From: an uncultured Flavobacteriaceae bacterium | GTDB taxonomy: Bacteria; Bacteroidota; Bacteroidia; Flavobacteriales; Flavobacteriaceae | DNA: 64,000 nucleotides | Assembly: GCA_942491255.1 (NCBI GenBank) | Contig: CALOAJ010000003.1 | Span: 10,257 to 74,256, forward strand | Direction of reading: 5' to 3' | In this document: piece by piece, positions 20,937-30,612 of the stretch | Layout of the letters: the number at the start of each line of letters is the position of its first letter | How positions within the stretch are numbered: position 1 is the stretch's first letter | Position numbers and translations under genes: made by a program | Notes under the pieces: generated by a model | Told to the model about the DNA's origin: nothing | Database searches by the model: none | Seen by the model: only the letters and a program-made list of their open reading frames with translations

Positions 20937-20944
20937 CAAAAATA
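20937..20944 (-). promoter_or_regulatory. -7 box (TATTTTTG) upstream of SulP paralog 1
   Basis: Exact TAnnTTTG match, 19 nt upstream of the TTG start at 20917. Confidence 0.45.
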
Positions 20945-20997
20945 GCATTAAATCTGTCATTTAGTGCTCAATGACTTTAGATTTATGAGATTCTCAA

Positions 20998-21972
20998 TTA
21001 CCAGCGTTCTAAACCTAATAATTTTTGTCCCAGTTCACTTAAAATTGCTGTTTCATATTTTGTCTGCTCCCAATTTCTAGGATCGCCCGGAAAAGCATAA
21101 CCCTCCGGAGCAACTCTATTCTTCCAGGAATTAATTCGCCAATCGCGTAAGGCTATGTTATCTTCTTCTGCCGGCATCATAGAAATATACTGTGCAATTC
21201 TCACTTTGTCCTTTGAACGATTTGGACGAATTCCATGAGGTTGGGTACTATTAAATATCAACAAATCTCCAGCGTCAAGTTTCACTTTAACAATTTCATT
21301 TTCTAAACCAGTAGTGTCTGGTTGAAAGTGATCTCGGTCTTCTGGTTGTGTTAATTTCCAAGTTTCATAATTGCGATATAACCATGGGATACATTGAAAT
21401 CCTCCCATATTTTCATCATTTTGATCAGCAAGAGCTAGTACCCCTTGGACATTTTGAGGCTTGGTTTCGGGATCGTAATCCCAGTGAATAAAGCCTTTTT
21501 TTTCGAATCCAGGACGTTGAGGAAAATTGAGATTAGCTCTGTCAATGGTTACCCATAATTTCTCTGTCCCCCAAATATCCATAAATGCTTCATACACTTT
21601 TGGCATTTGCCTATTATTCCACAACAATTGATGATTATAAACTTCAACCATCCCAGTACCTGTAAGTTCCTTCATTTTCATTTCTGCTCTAGACGGAGCG
21701 TACCATGTTTTTGAATCATGGGGATCTTTCTCATCAAATTCCCATATGAAATTAGCTGTTGCAAGTGCCTGTTTCCTTGGAACGGCATTTTTAATAACGA
21801 TATAGCCGTTATGTTGCCAAAAAGTCCAATCTTCTTCCGATAGAACCTTTAATGGTTTCCCATTGGTTCTGTCGTTTAATTTAAGTTGACTGCTTGTTGC
21901 AGTTGATGGATTACCCGGTATTTCTTTATGAGCCTTATTGGCCATTTCGAGCTTATTGTCTATTGGTTTCAT
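20998..21972 (-). CDS. Phytanoyl-CoA dioxygenase (PhyH)-family Fe(II)/2-oxoglutarate oxygenase
   Basis: 324 aa. An HxD motif (IHWDYD) and a distal His (STQPHGIRPN). Confidence 0.7.
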   Translation of the reverse strand: MKPIDNKLEMANKAHKEIPGNPSTATSSQLKLNDRTNGKPLKVLSEEDWTFWQHNGYIVIKNAVPRKQALATANFIWEFDEKDPHDSKTWYAPSRAEMKMKELTGTGMVEVYNHQLLWNNRQMPKVYEAFMDIWGTEKLWVTIDRANLNFPQRPGFEKKGFIHWDYDPETKPQNVQGVLALADQNDENMGGFQCIPWLYRNYETWKLTQPEDRDHFQPDTTGLENEIVKVKLDAGDLLIFNSTQPHGIRPNRSKDKVRIAQYISMMPAEEDNIALRDWRINSWKNRVAPEGYAFPGDPRNWEQTKYETAILSELGQKLLGLERW

Positions 21973-22112
21973 TGGAATTTATTTTAATAACTATTTGGTA
22001 AAATTATCAACAGCAATAATTACTAACCACCTTGATATTGATAATTAATTGTACTATATTGATTTATTGAATCAATTTTTGATACAAATAAGCCAATTTA
22101 GTTATATTTCTA

Positions 22113-22958
22113 ATGAAAATTCAATTAGAAAAAATACGAGCCGATGAAAAGAGTTCGTTCAGATTACTTCATAACCCCAAATTAAACGATTTGTTTTTTT
22201 GGCATTTTCACCCGGAATATGAATTGGTCTATATTGAAGGTGCTGATGGGACAAGACATGTTGGCGAACATATTTCTAATTTTAAGAATAGTGACCTAGT
22301 TCTCATCGGTTCAAATATTCCCCATCTCAATTTTGATTATGGAATTAAGGGGGATTATCGCAAAGAGGTTCTACATATCAGTTCTTCATTTAAATTTAAA
22401 GTATTTAATGAGATTCCGGAATTAAATGATATCGATGCTCTTTTCGAAAGGGCAAAATTTGGAATTGCCTTTGGCGCTAAAACTAAAACAGAAGTGGGTA
22501 AGATGCTTAAAAAGCTACATAAACTTTCTTCTTTTTCACAATTTCTTGCGGTATTGCACATTTTCGAAAACCTTGCCCAAAGTGAAGATTATGAGTTATT
22601 ACATGACAACCCGGTTAAAAACAGTTATAATCAAAAACAACAGGAGAGACTCAGAGTTATTTATGCCTTTATAGATGAGAATTTTGAAAGAAAAATATCC
22701 ATAGAAGAAGTTGCAGCCATTTGTCATCTCGAGAAAGCAACCTTTTGTAGATTTTTTAAAGGAGCCACCGGAAATACTTTTGTTACTTTTTTAAATCAGT
22801 ATCGAATCAGTCAGGCAAAACGTCTTATTCTATCCGGAAAAAATATCACAGAGGCCTGCTATGCCAGTGGATTTGAAAGTCTATCCTATTTTAATCGTAC
22901 ATTTAAAAAAATAGCAAATGAAAAGCCTTCTGGTTTTAGAAATAATATGTTGAAATAA
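22113..22958 (+). CDS. AraC-family transcriptional regulator (cupin N-terminus, HTH C-terminus)
   Basis: 281 aa. The C-terminal ...ISQAKRLI...ITEACYASGFESLSYFNRTFKK is a typical AraC HTH. Confidence 0.88.
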   Translation: MKIQLEKIRADEKSSFRLLHNPKLNDLFFWHFHPEYELVYIEGADGTRHVGEHISNFKNSDLVLIGSNIPHLNFDYGIKGDYRKEVLHISSSFKFKVFNEIPELNDIDALFERAKFGIAFGAKTKTEVGKMLKKLHKLSSFSQFLAVLHIFENLAQSEDYELLHDNPVKNSYNQKQQERLRVIYAFIDENFERKISIEEVAAICHLEKATFCRFFKGATGNTFVTFLNQYRISQAKRLILSGKNITEACYASGFESLSYFNRTFKKIANEKPSGFRNNMLK

Positions 22959-23070
22959 TAATTCGCGCCCCGAGTGAATAAAAGGTTTTAGAAGATATGA
23001 TATAGGAGCCTTGATAACATCTTCAATTTGGCATATTTTCAATTATTTATTTGATCGTATTTATTTTATA

Positions 23071-23078
23071 TACATTTG
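23071..23078 (+). promoter_or_regulatory. -7 box (TACATTTG) upstream of gpsA
   Basis: Exact TAnnTTTG match, 17 nt upstream of the gpsA ATG. Confidence 0.5.
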
Positions 23079-23095
23079 AAGTAAGGCTATAAAGT

Positions 23096-24097
23096 ATGGA
23101 TGAAAAGTTAAAAATTGCAGTAATAGGTGGTGGTAGTTGGGCAACGGCCATTGTTAAAATGTTAACTGAAAATGCGGATGACGTTATTTGGTATATGCGC
23201 AATGAGGATGCTATTGCCTACATTCAAAAAAACAAACATAATCCCAATTATCTCACCTCTGTTGAGTTTCAGGTAAATCAACTCACCTTAACGAATCAAA
23301 TTGATGAGGCTATCACTAAGGCCAACCTCATTGTTTTTGCAATACCTTCTGCTTTTCTGGAAGAAGAGTTAAAAAAGCTAAGTGTTTCTTTAAAAGACAA
23401 AATACTATTCTCCGCAATTAAGGGTATTGTTCCGGAAACCGGTCTTATAGTAGGGGAACATTTTCATCAAATTTATGGAGTCCCTATAGAAAATATTGGT
23501 GTTATTACCGGCCCTTGTCATGCAGAGGAAGTTGCTCTCGAACGTTTATCCTACCTTACTATAGCCTGTGCAGATCCCGAAAAGGCTTCTTTGCTTGCCG
23601 AACATTTAAAAAGTGATTATATCAAGACAAAGATATCAGATGATATCATTGGTACAGAATATGCCGCCATGCTAAAGAATATCTATGCTTTGGCGGCAGG
23701 TATTGCCCATGGACTAGGTTATGGTGATAATTTTCAAAGTGTTCTAATGAGTAATGCCATAAGAGAAATGAAGCGCTATATCTCACGGGTTCATAAAATG
23801 AAACGCAATATTAATAACTCTGCTTATTTGGGTGATTTATTGGTGACGGGATATTCTACTTTTAGTAGAAATAGGATGTTTGGCAATATGATCGGTAAAG
23901 GATATCGCGTAAAAAGTGCCATGATGGAAATGAATATGGTAGCAGAAGGGTATTATGCTACCAAAAGTGCCTATAATCAAAAATCTCAATTTAAGAAAAA
24001 AGTTCGCACCCCCATAATTGATGCTGTCTATGAAATTTTGTATGAAAATGCCGGAGCTAAGTCAACATTTAAGGAACTAGCGGATAAATTAGACTAA
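23096..24097 (+). CDS. gpsA: NAD(P)H-dependent glycerol-3-phosphate dehydrogenase
   Basis: 333 aa. IAVIGGGSWATA Rossmann motif and ...GTEYAAMLKNIYALAAG.... Confidence 0.92.
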   Translation: MDEKLKIAVIGGGSWATAIVKMLTENADDVIWYMRNEDAIAYIQKNKHNPNYLTSVEFQVNQLTLTNQIDEAITKANLIVFAIPSAFLEEELKKLSVSLKDKILFSAIKGIVPETGLIVGEHFHQIYGVPIENIGVITGPCHAEEVALERLSYLTIACADPEKASLLAEHLKSDYIKTKISDDIIGTEYAAMLKNIYALAAGIAHGLGYGDNFQSVLMSNAIREMKRYISRVHKMKRNINNSAYLGDLLVTGYSTFSRNRMFGNMIGKGYRVKSAMMEMNMVAEGYYATKSAYNQKSQFKKKVRTPIIDAVYEILYENAGAKSTFKELADKLD

Positions 24098-24156
24098 TAG
24101 TTTACTTTTTTTTAGTAGATTTCTATTCCTTTTTGGAATCAAACATCTTAGCATAT

Positions 24157-25188
24157 ATGTTAAAAAAATATTCTCGTTGGATAGTAACCGGGTCTATGAA
24201 TATTCTATGCGTATTTTTATTAGGTGCTTTTCTAAGCTCTGGAATTAGGATTAAATCAGATGATTTATTGAATAAGTCAACGGATACGTTTACCCCTTAT
24301 GTTCAATCAGTGGCCGGCAGTGATACCCACATTGAAATGCAAGCCATTAAGGGTGGAGAATATCTTATGGGGGATAACAACCAAGGCTCAAATGAAAAAC
24401 CGCAACACTTGGTTATTATAAGTGACTTTTACATGAGTACTTACGAAATTACCTGGGATCAATATGAGCTTTTTTTAGAAAGACAAATTGACCATGTAGA
24501 ACCTACTCAAAAAGATTCTCAAATCTCCATAGAAGTAGATGCTGTTGCTTCGGCTACACCCCCTTATGTAGACATGAGTCACGGAATGGGAAAAGAAGGG
24601 TTTCCCGTGGTGAATGTTACTCAATATGCCGCACTCACTTTTTGTAAATGGCTAAGTGCTAAGACAGGTAAATTTTATAGATTACCTACAGAAGCCGAAT
24701 GGGAATATGCTTGTCGGGCTGGTAGTAGTACCCAATACTCTTTTGGAGACTCAGAGGAAGAACTTGAAGAATACGGATGGTACGCAAAAAATAGTAATAA
24801 GAAGTATCATAAAATTGGCACAAAAAAGCCCAATGCTTTCGGCCTATATGATATGCATGGTAATGTGGCAGAATGGACGATGGATCAATATACTCCCGAA
24901 GGATATAATAGTTCCTCAGATCCTTTAAAAAATCCATGGACAAGGCCCTCCACACTTTATCCCCGTGTTGTCCGTGGAGGTTCCTGGATAGATACTGCTG
25001 TAAATCTCAGGTCCTCCTCGCGTGAAGCTTCTTCTTCGGAATGGAAAAGAATAGATCCACAAATACCAAAAAGCCTTTGGTGGCATACAAACGCCCCTAT
25101 GGTTGGTTTCAGAATTATTAGCCCTAGAATAACCCCCAGCAAAGAAGAAATAGATAGTTATTGGTTAGAAGCCATTGATGATTTTTAA
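24157..25188 (+). CDS. Formylglycine-generating-enzyme (SUMF1/FGE)-fold protein, membrane anchored
   Basis: N-terminal TM anchor, then the RLPTEAEWEYACRAG...YGWY...N.FGLYDMHGNVAEW...RVVRGGSW motifs of the FGE fold. ATG 24157 is preferred over the track's TTG 24133. Confidence 0.85.
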   Translation: MLKKYSRWIVTGSMNILCVFLLGAFLSSGIRIKSDDLLNKSTDTFTPYVQSVAGSDTHIEMQAIKGGEYLMGDNNQGSNEKPQHLVIISDFYMSTYEITWDQYELFLERQIDHVEPTQKDSQISIEVDAVASATPPYVDMSHGMGKEGFPVVNVTQYAALTFCKWLSAKTGKFYRLPTEAEWEYACRAGSSTQYSFGDSEEELEEYGWYAKNSNKKYHKIGTKKPNAFGLYDMHGNVAEWTMDQYTPEGYNSSSDPLKNPWTRPSTLYPRVVRGGSWIDTAVNLRSSSREASSSEWKRIDPQIPKSLWWHTNAPMVGFRIISPRITPSKEEIDSYWLEAIDDF

Positions 25189-25198
25189 ATAAAAAGAC

Positions 25199-26530
25199 AT
25201 GAAAAACAAATCTGATAATCTTAGTCGTAGAAAATTTTGTAAAAACACTGCTCTTGCGAGTGGGGCAATAATATCGGCGCCACTTGATGCAATCTCCTCT
25301 GCGCATGTCCTTGGTGACGATAGTATTAAAATAGCCCTTATTGGTTGCGGCGGCAGGGGAACTGGAGCAGCGGCCCAGGCTCTTAGCACCAAGGAAAATG
25401 TTAAACTAGTAGCCATGGCAGATGCTTTTCAGGATCGGTTGGACAAATGTCTAAATGTTTTAAATCAAAAATTTGCAGGTACCGACAAAATAGATGTAAA
25501 AGAAGCAGACAGGCATGTTGGTTTTGATGCTTACAAAAAGGCTATTGATAAAGCTGATGTTGTTCTTCTGACTACAACCCCTGGTTTTAGACCTATACAT
25601 TTCCAATATGCAATTGAAAACAATAAACACGTTTTTATGGAAAAACCATTGGCTACAGATGCCCCGGGGATAAGAAGTGTCCTTAAAACGGCAGCCATAG
25701 CTAAGGAAAAAAAGCTAAATGTTGTGGTGGGACTTCAGAGACATTACCAACTAAGCTATCTTGCATGTTTAGAGCAAGTTAAGGCCGGTAAAATTGGTAA
25801 AATTGTCTCCGGACAGGTGTATTGGAACAGTGCAGGTGTTTGGGTTAAGGAAAGGCAGCCCGGACAAACAGAAATGGAATATCAGATGCGAAACTGGTAT
25901 TATTTTAATTGGTTATGTGGCGATCATATTGTTGAACAACATATCCATAATATTGATGTTGCAAACTGGTTTATTGGTGAATTTCCATTACATGCCCAAG
26001 GCATGGGTGGGAGAGAAGTACGTGTTGAAAATAAATACGGACAAATCTTTGACCATCACTTTGTGGAATTTACATATCCTTCGGGAGCCGTAATTTCTAG
26101 CCAGTGCAGGCATCAAAAAGGTTGTTTAGACAATGTTTCAGAAAGTTTTATGGGTACGGAAGGTAAAATATACACTGATTCCCAGAATAAAGGAATCATT
26201 ACTGGTTATGATGGTAAGACCATTTATGAACACGAGGGGCTAAATGATCCAAATCCTTATCAAACGGAACATGATAAACTCTTTGCTTCCATAAGAAATG
26301 GCGGACTAATTAGTGATGCAGAGTACTCGGCCAAAACTACCATGACCGCTATTCTTGGAAGAATGGCCACCTATTCCGGACAACAAATCACATTTGATGA
26401 TGCTTTAAATAAAGGTCGCAGTATAATGCCGGATGAATACAGTTGGGATAGTTTGCCAAAAGTAATGCCCGATGCTAACGGAGCCTATCCTGTGCCAATT
26501 CCGGGTATTACCAAAGTTTTAGAATCATAG
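25199..26530 (+). CDS. Gfo/Idh/MocA-family oxidoreductase with twin-arginine (Tat) signal
   Basis: 443 aa. Tat motif SRRKFCK followed by an A-rich h-region, then the IALIGCGGRGTGAA Rossmann motif. Starts 10 nt after the FGE-like gene. Confidence 0.85.
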   Translation: MKNKSDNLSRRKFCKNTALASGAIISAPLDAISSAHVLGDDSIKIALIGCGGRGTGAAAQALSTKENVKLVAMADAFQDRLDKCLNVLNQKFAGTDKIDVKEADRHVGFDAYKKAIDKADVVLLTTTPGFRPIHFQYAIENNKHVFMEKPLATDAPGIRSVLKTAAIAKEKKLNVVVGLQRHYQLSYLACLEQVKAGKIGKIVSGQVYWNSAGVWVKERQPGQTEMEYQMRNWYYFNWLCGDHIVEQHIHNIDVANWFIGEFPLHAQGMGGREVRVENKYGQIFDHHFVEFTYPSGAVISSQCRHQKGCLDNVSESFMGTEGKIYTDSQNKGIITGYDGKTIYEHEGLNDPNPYQTEHDKLFASIRNGGLISDAEYSAKTTMTAILGRMATYSGQQITFDDALNKGRSIMPDEYSWDSLPKVMPDANGAYPVPIPGITKVLES

Positions 26531-26557
26531 AAATCAGAGGTTAAGAAAGGGCTTCAT

Positions 26558-28225
26558 TTAAAATCTTTCGATAGAAAAATCGGAATGATCCTTAACCATT
26601 ACTTCTAATTCATTTTTATATTCTTTTATTTGATTTGATCTCAAATTAAATATAGTCTTAAACTCATTTAAGATGGCCTCTTGTAAATGTGCAATACTAT
26701 CTATATCAAAATATAACCTTCCGGTCCTTCGCACAAAGAAATCTATGGGTGTAGTAGTCATTTCATATTGAATAGAAAAATGAAGTTCGGCCTTGGCCAT
26801 ACGAATAAAAATATCCCGGTCATTTAATTTAGAGTAATACTCTAATATTTTCTCCGTTTGTTTCCCATAGGTAGTAACTAAGTACCAAGCATCATAATGC
26901 TCAAAACCGTCTTCCTTTATCTTAGTGAATACCTCCTCAATATATCTTTTTACGTGCTTAAATTTCTTAAATTCATTTCCACACAATGGAATGTCAGCCG
27001 TTGTGCAATCAACAAATGGAAAACCCTCTTCTTCCTCCAAATTTTTCTCTATAAGGTTGACCACTCTTTCTGCCATCTTTCGGTAACCGGTAAGTTTACC
27101 CCCAGCCATACTTATCAATCCTGTATCCGATGTAAATATTTCATCTTTGCGCGATAACTCGGAAGCCGATTTTCCTTCTTCATGTATTAGAGGTCGTAAT
27201 CCCGCCCAGGAAGATATAATATCTTTCATTTCCAGGTTTATTTTCGGAAACATATTATTAACAGCAGAAATCAAGTAAATGGCATCCGCTAAATCTGTAC
27301 GTACATCGTCTTTATCTTTATCAAAATTGGTATCCGTAGTACCCACATAAGTGACCTTTCCTCTGGGGATGGCAAAAATCATCCGTCCGTCGGGCACGTC
27401 AAAATAAACTGATTGCCTTACAGGCAGCTTTTTATGAGGAAAAACTAAATGAACCCCTTTAGTAAGGTGTAGCCTTTTTCCTTTTTTTGAATTGTTAACC
27501 GCTCTTAATTCATCTACCCATGGCCCAGCCGCACTAATAACATATTTGGCTTGGATGGTAAATTCTTCTTCAGTTAATTGATCTTTTACCCGCACGCCTG
27601 AAATTTTATCATCAGCATAAAGAAAGTCATCTACTTTGGCATAATTCAAAGCCAGGTTTCCATATTTAAGACTTGTTTTAATATTCTCAATAGTCAATCT
27701 GGCATCATCTGTGCGATACTCAGCATAATAGCCTGCTCCTTTTACTTTCTTTTTAGGTAATAAAGGTTCCAATTCCAAGGCCTCTTTTTTCTCCAACATC
27801 TTCCTTTTATCTTCTCCAGAAACCTGGGCTAAAACATCGTACACCTTTAAACCAATAGAAGTTAACCATTTTCCATAGGACCCTCCCTCAATTAAAGGAA
27901 GTAACATCTTTTCAGGTAGAACTAAATGAGGTGCCAATTTATGTACAATGGCCCGTTCTGAACCAACTTCCTTAACCAGCCAAAAATCGAATTGCTTTAG
28001 ATACCTTAAACCGCCATGGATTAGTTTGGTTGACTTACTGCTGGTTCCAGAAGCGAAATCGCCTTTTTCAATTAGAGCCACTTTTAGTCCTCTGGAGGAA
28101 GCATCCAGAGCTATTCCAGCTCCTGTTATACCGCCACCTATAACGACAATATCAAATACCCCTGTCCTCATTTTACTAATAATGTCACTTCTTTTTTTAT
28201 TAGTAAACTCTACATTCTTTTCCAT
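26558..28225 (-). CDS. glpD: FAD-dependent glycerol-3-phosphate dehydrogenase/oxidase
   Basis: 555 aa. DIVVIGGGITGAGIALDASSRGLKVALIEKGDFASGTSSKSTKLIHGGLRYL. Confidence 0.92.
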   Translation of the reverse strand: MEKNVEFTNKKRSDIISKMRTGVFDIVVIGGGITGAGIALDASSRGLKVALIEKGDFASGTSSKSTKLIHGGLRYLKQFDFWLVKEVGSERAIVHKLAPHLVLPEKMLLPLIEGGSYGKWLTSIGLKVYDVLAQVSGEDKRKMLEKKEALELEPLLPKKKVKGAGYYAEYRTDDARLTIENIKTSLKYGNLALNYAKVDDFLYADDKISGVRVKDQLTEEEFTIQAKYVISAAGPWVDELRAVNNSKKGKRLHLTKGVHLVFPHKKLPVRQSVYFDVPDGRMIFAIPRGKVTYVGTTDTNFDKDKDDVRTDLADAIYLISAVNNMFPKINLEMKDIISSWAGLRPLIHEEGKSASELSRKDEIFTSDTGLISMAGGKLTGYRKMAERVVNLIEKNLEEEEGFPFVDCTTADIPLCGNEFKKFKHVKRYIEEVFTKIKEDGFEHYDAWYLVTTYGKQTEKILEYYSKLNDRDIFIRMAKAELHFSIQYEMTTTPIDFFVRRTGRLYFDIDSIAHLQEAILNEFKTIFNLRSNQIKEYKNELEVMVKDHSDFSIERF

Positions 28226-28263
28226 TCTTTAGCAATTTAAGGGATTTTTAGGTATCCGATATT

Positions 28264-28271
28264 CAAAGGTA
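28264..28271 (-). promoter_or_regulatory. -7 box (TACCTTTG) upstream of glpD
   Basis: Exact TAnnTTTG match, 38 nt upstream of the glpD ATG. Confidence 0.45.
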
Positions 28272-28413
28272 GTTGAATATCTATTTCATTCAAAAACCAG
28301 CATGTTAACCTAAGGTAAAGAGTGTCTCAAAAAAAAGTCCTACACATTGCTTGGCAGGGATTAATTCAATAGATAGAAGTTATACCTATTTCCTAGAAAT
28401 GATATAATGCCAT

Positions 28414-28770
28414 TTAAAGAATGTATTCTCTTTCTAAAAAATAATTGACAATTGCTTCTTTCATCAGTACAGACTGTTCCCCTGCTTTAAGAGGAGGTAA
28501 ATTTTCCTTAACAATATAATGGGGCCAACCCTCTTCATCAAAATATTCGAATTCATAATAACCATAGGGTTCAAGAAGTTTACATATAGCAATATGCATT
28601 AGGTTTATTTTATCATCCTTTTTATAATTCCGATGATAGTTTCCTTTTTCTTGTACTCCAATTAAGTATATTATGCCATCCAATTCTAATGGATCTCCAT
28701 CACTAAATTGGTCGGACAGTTTTAGGACTAAGACCTCCCATCTTTCTTTTAATTTAAAATCTCTACTCAT
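28414..28770 (-). CDS. Hypothetical protein (no recognisable motif)
   Basis: 118-aa ORF with ordinary composition on the same strand as glpD. No family recognised. Confidence 0.5.
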   Translation of the reverse strand: MSRDFKLKERWEVLVLKLSDQFSDGDPLELDGIIYLIGVQEKGNYHRNYKKDDKINLMHIAICKLLEPYGYYEFEYFDEEGWPHYIVKENLPPLKAGEQSVLMKEAIVNYFLEREYIL

Positions 28771-28864
28771 TAATATTGGGGTTGTTTTTTGAAAAGAAAA
28801 TCATTGTTTCTTCATATAAAACAAAGGTACAAATCAAAATTATATCTTTACAAAAACTAATACA

Positions 28865-29359
28865 ATGGCTCTTCTGGATATCATCTTTGTAGTTTTTCTA
28901 GTCTATGGCTTATACAAGGGTTTGAAAAATGGTCTTTTTGTAGAAATAGCTTCTATTATTGCTTTAATTGTAGGCTTTTATGGAGCGATTGAATTCTCCT
29001 ATATCACAGGAAGTTATCTTTCAGAAAATATGGATTGGGATCCTGATGCCATCAGACTCACGGCCTTTATCATCACCTTTATTGTGATAGTAATTATTGT
29101 TGGATTAGCGGGCAAACTACTGACCAAAATTGCTAATTTTGCCATGCTTGGTTTTATTAATAAACTCGCAGGCGGTATTTTTGGAATATTAAAAACTGCT
29201 GTTATTTTTGGAACTTTGCTCTATGTTGTGGAAGCCGTAGGTTCTTCATTTAATCCTTCTAATTCGGATATGGTTAAAGAATCAGTTCTTTATGAGCCAA
29301 TCAAAAATATAGGCGTATTGGTTTTTGGAAATGTAATTGAAGCTTTTTCAGACTTTTAA
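28865..29359 (+). CDS. CvpA-family membrane protein
   Basis: 164 aa with four TM segments. The N-terminus (LDIIFVVFLVYGLYKGLKNG) is typical of CvpA. Confidence 0.75.
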   Translation: MALLDIIFVVFLVYGLYKGLKNGLFVEIASIIALIVGFYGAIEFSYITGSYLSENMDWDPDAIRLTAFIITFIVIVIIVGLAGKLLTKIANFAMLGFINKLAGGIFGILKTAVIFGTLLYVVEAVGSSFNPSNSDMVKESVLYEPIKNIGVLVFGNVIEAFSDF

Positions 29360-29502
29360 AGGGTGAAATTGGTTTTTTGTCGAATATCTATATCTTTTTA
29401 ACCCATCTTAGACTAATTTTTTAATATTTATAGAAATATCTTTTAGAAGGTATTCCCCTATCTTAATACCCTTGATTATCCTGCTTACCAAGAGTACACT
29501 AT

Positions 29503-29979
29503 ATGAAAACGAGAATTGCATTTGCAGTCTCGGTGTTATTTGTAATATTAGCAGGTTCTTGTACCTCAGAATCTATTGAAGATACTAATAATCCGCAGGC
29601 CGTAAATATTGTAAGCTTAGAGCAAGAATTGTTAGGAATTGTTAATTCCCATAGAAAGAGTCTTGGTTATTCTGACTTAGTGGTTAGCATAGTTGCCTAC
29701 GAATATGCAAATTCACATAACGACTATATGATAACAAATGGCAGTCTAAGCCATGATAATTTTAGTGCTAGAGCTTCTGGCATTTCTAGTAAAGTAAATG
29801 CGGAAATGGTTGCTGAAAACGTGGCAAAAGACTATTCCAGTGCAAAATTAGCTTTTGAAAGTTGGCTCAGTAGTCCCGATCACCGAAAAACCATGGAGGA
29901 TGATTTTACCCACACCGGTATAAGCGTAAAAAAGGATTCAAATGGTCGTTTGTACTACACACAACTATTTTATAGATAA
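29503..29979 (+). CDS. CAP/SCP (PR-1-like, YkwD-type) domain lipoprotein
   Basis: 158 aa. Lipobox LAGSC, plus ...NSHR......LSHDNF... and W..SPDHRKTM....FTHTG motifs. Confidence 0.78.
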   Translation: MKTRIAFAVSVLFVILAGSCTSESIEDTNNPQAVNIVSLEQELLGIVNSHRKSLGYSDLVVSIVAYEYANSHNDYMITNGSLSHDNFSARASGISSKVNAEMVAENVAKDYSSAKLAFESWLSSPDHRKTMEDDFTHTGISVKKDSNGRLYYTQLFYR

Positions 29980-30003
29980 AACTAAAAAGAACATATTCTT
30001 TTT

Positions 30004-30011
30004 TACCTTTG
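30004..30011 (+). promoter_or_regulatory. -7 box (TACCTTTG) upstream of the 3-hydroxyanthranilate dioxygenase gene
   Basis: Exact TAnnTTTG match. Its TTG is the track's start 30009. The ATG at 30063 follows 51 nt later. Confidence 0.45.
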
Positions 30012-30062
30012 GATAGGTCTTCATCGAGCTGTTCAAAATATGATTTTTCTAAATTGTTTTTT

Positions 30063-30608
30063 ATGTCTATAAATATTCCCTTTAACCTTCATAAATGGGT
30101 AAATGAAAATCGCGATCTCTTAAAACCACCAGTAGGCAATAAAAATCTTTATAAAGAATCGGGAGATTATATTGTGATGATTGTTGCTGGTCCTAATGCC
30201 CGCAAAGATTATCACTATAATGAAACTGAAGAGTTATTTTATCAAATTGAAGGCCACATTCAAGTACATATTCAAGAGAACGGCAAAAAGCGAACGTTCA
30301 AATTAGGTCCTGGAGACATGTATTTACATCCTGCAAAAGTACCTCACTCCCCTGAGAGAAATGAAGGCTCTATTGGATTAGTGATTGAAAGAAAGCGAAA
30401 AAATATTGAAGCGAAGGATGGACTTATATGGTATTGTGATAACTGTAATCATAAATTATACGAGACCTATTTTAAACTCAATGATATTGAAAAAGACTTC
30501 TTAAAGCATTTCACCCACTTTTATGGATCCAAAGAATTACGAACATGTTCTAATTGTGGGGAGATCATGGCCACGGATGAAAGATTTACTATAAGTGATA
30601 AAAAGTGA
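30063..30608 (+). CDS. nbaC: 3-hydroxyanthranilate 3,4-dioxygenase
   Basis: LKPPVGNK...DYHYNETEELFYQIEG...PAKVPHSP cupin core plus a C-terminal CDNC...CSNC rubredoxin-like site. The track's TTG start (30009) is inside a TACCTTTG -7 box, so ATG 30063 is preferred. Confidence 0.9.
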   Translation: MSINIPFNLHKWVNENRDLLKPPVGNKNLYKESGDYIVMIVAGPNARKDYHYNETEELFYQIEGHIQVHIQENGKKRTFKLGPGDMYLHPAKVPHSPERNEGSIGLVIERKRKNIEAKDGLIWYCDNCNHKLYETYFKLNDIEKDFLKHFTHFYGSKELRTCSNCGEIMATDERFTISDKK

Positions 30609-30612
30609 GTCT

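Noticed and set aside
25124-25416. Two minus-strand ORFs (60 and 83 aa) across the FGE / oxidoreductase junction
   Set aside because: They are antisense to the Tat-signal region of a well-supported gene. The A/P/L-rich sequence mirrors the Ala-rich signal peptide.
26558-28225. gpsA ... glpD as a dedicated glycerol-utilisation locus
   Set aside because: No glpK, glpF or a regulator is present. The two dehydrogenase genes are on opposite strands, separated by an unrelated gene pair, so the proximity may be coincidental.
29980-30003. AT-only hairpin (AAAAAGAA-CATA-TTCTTTTT) after the CAP-domain gene as a terminator
   Set aside because: The 8-bp stem has a single G-C pair and is too weak to call. 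It also sits directly next to the -7 box of the next gene.
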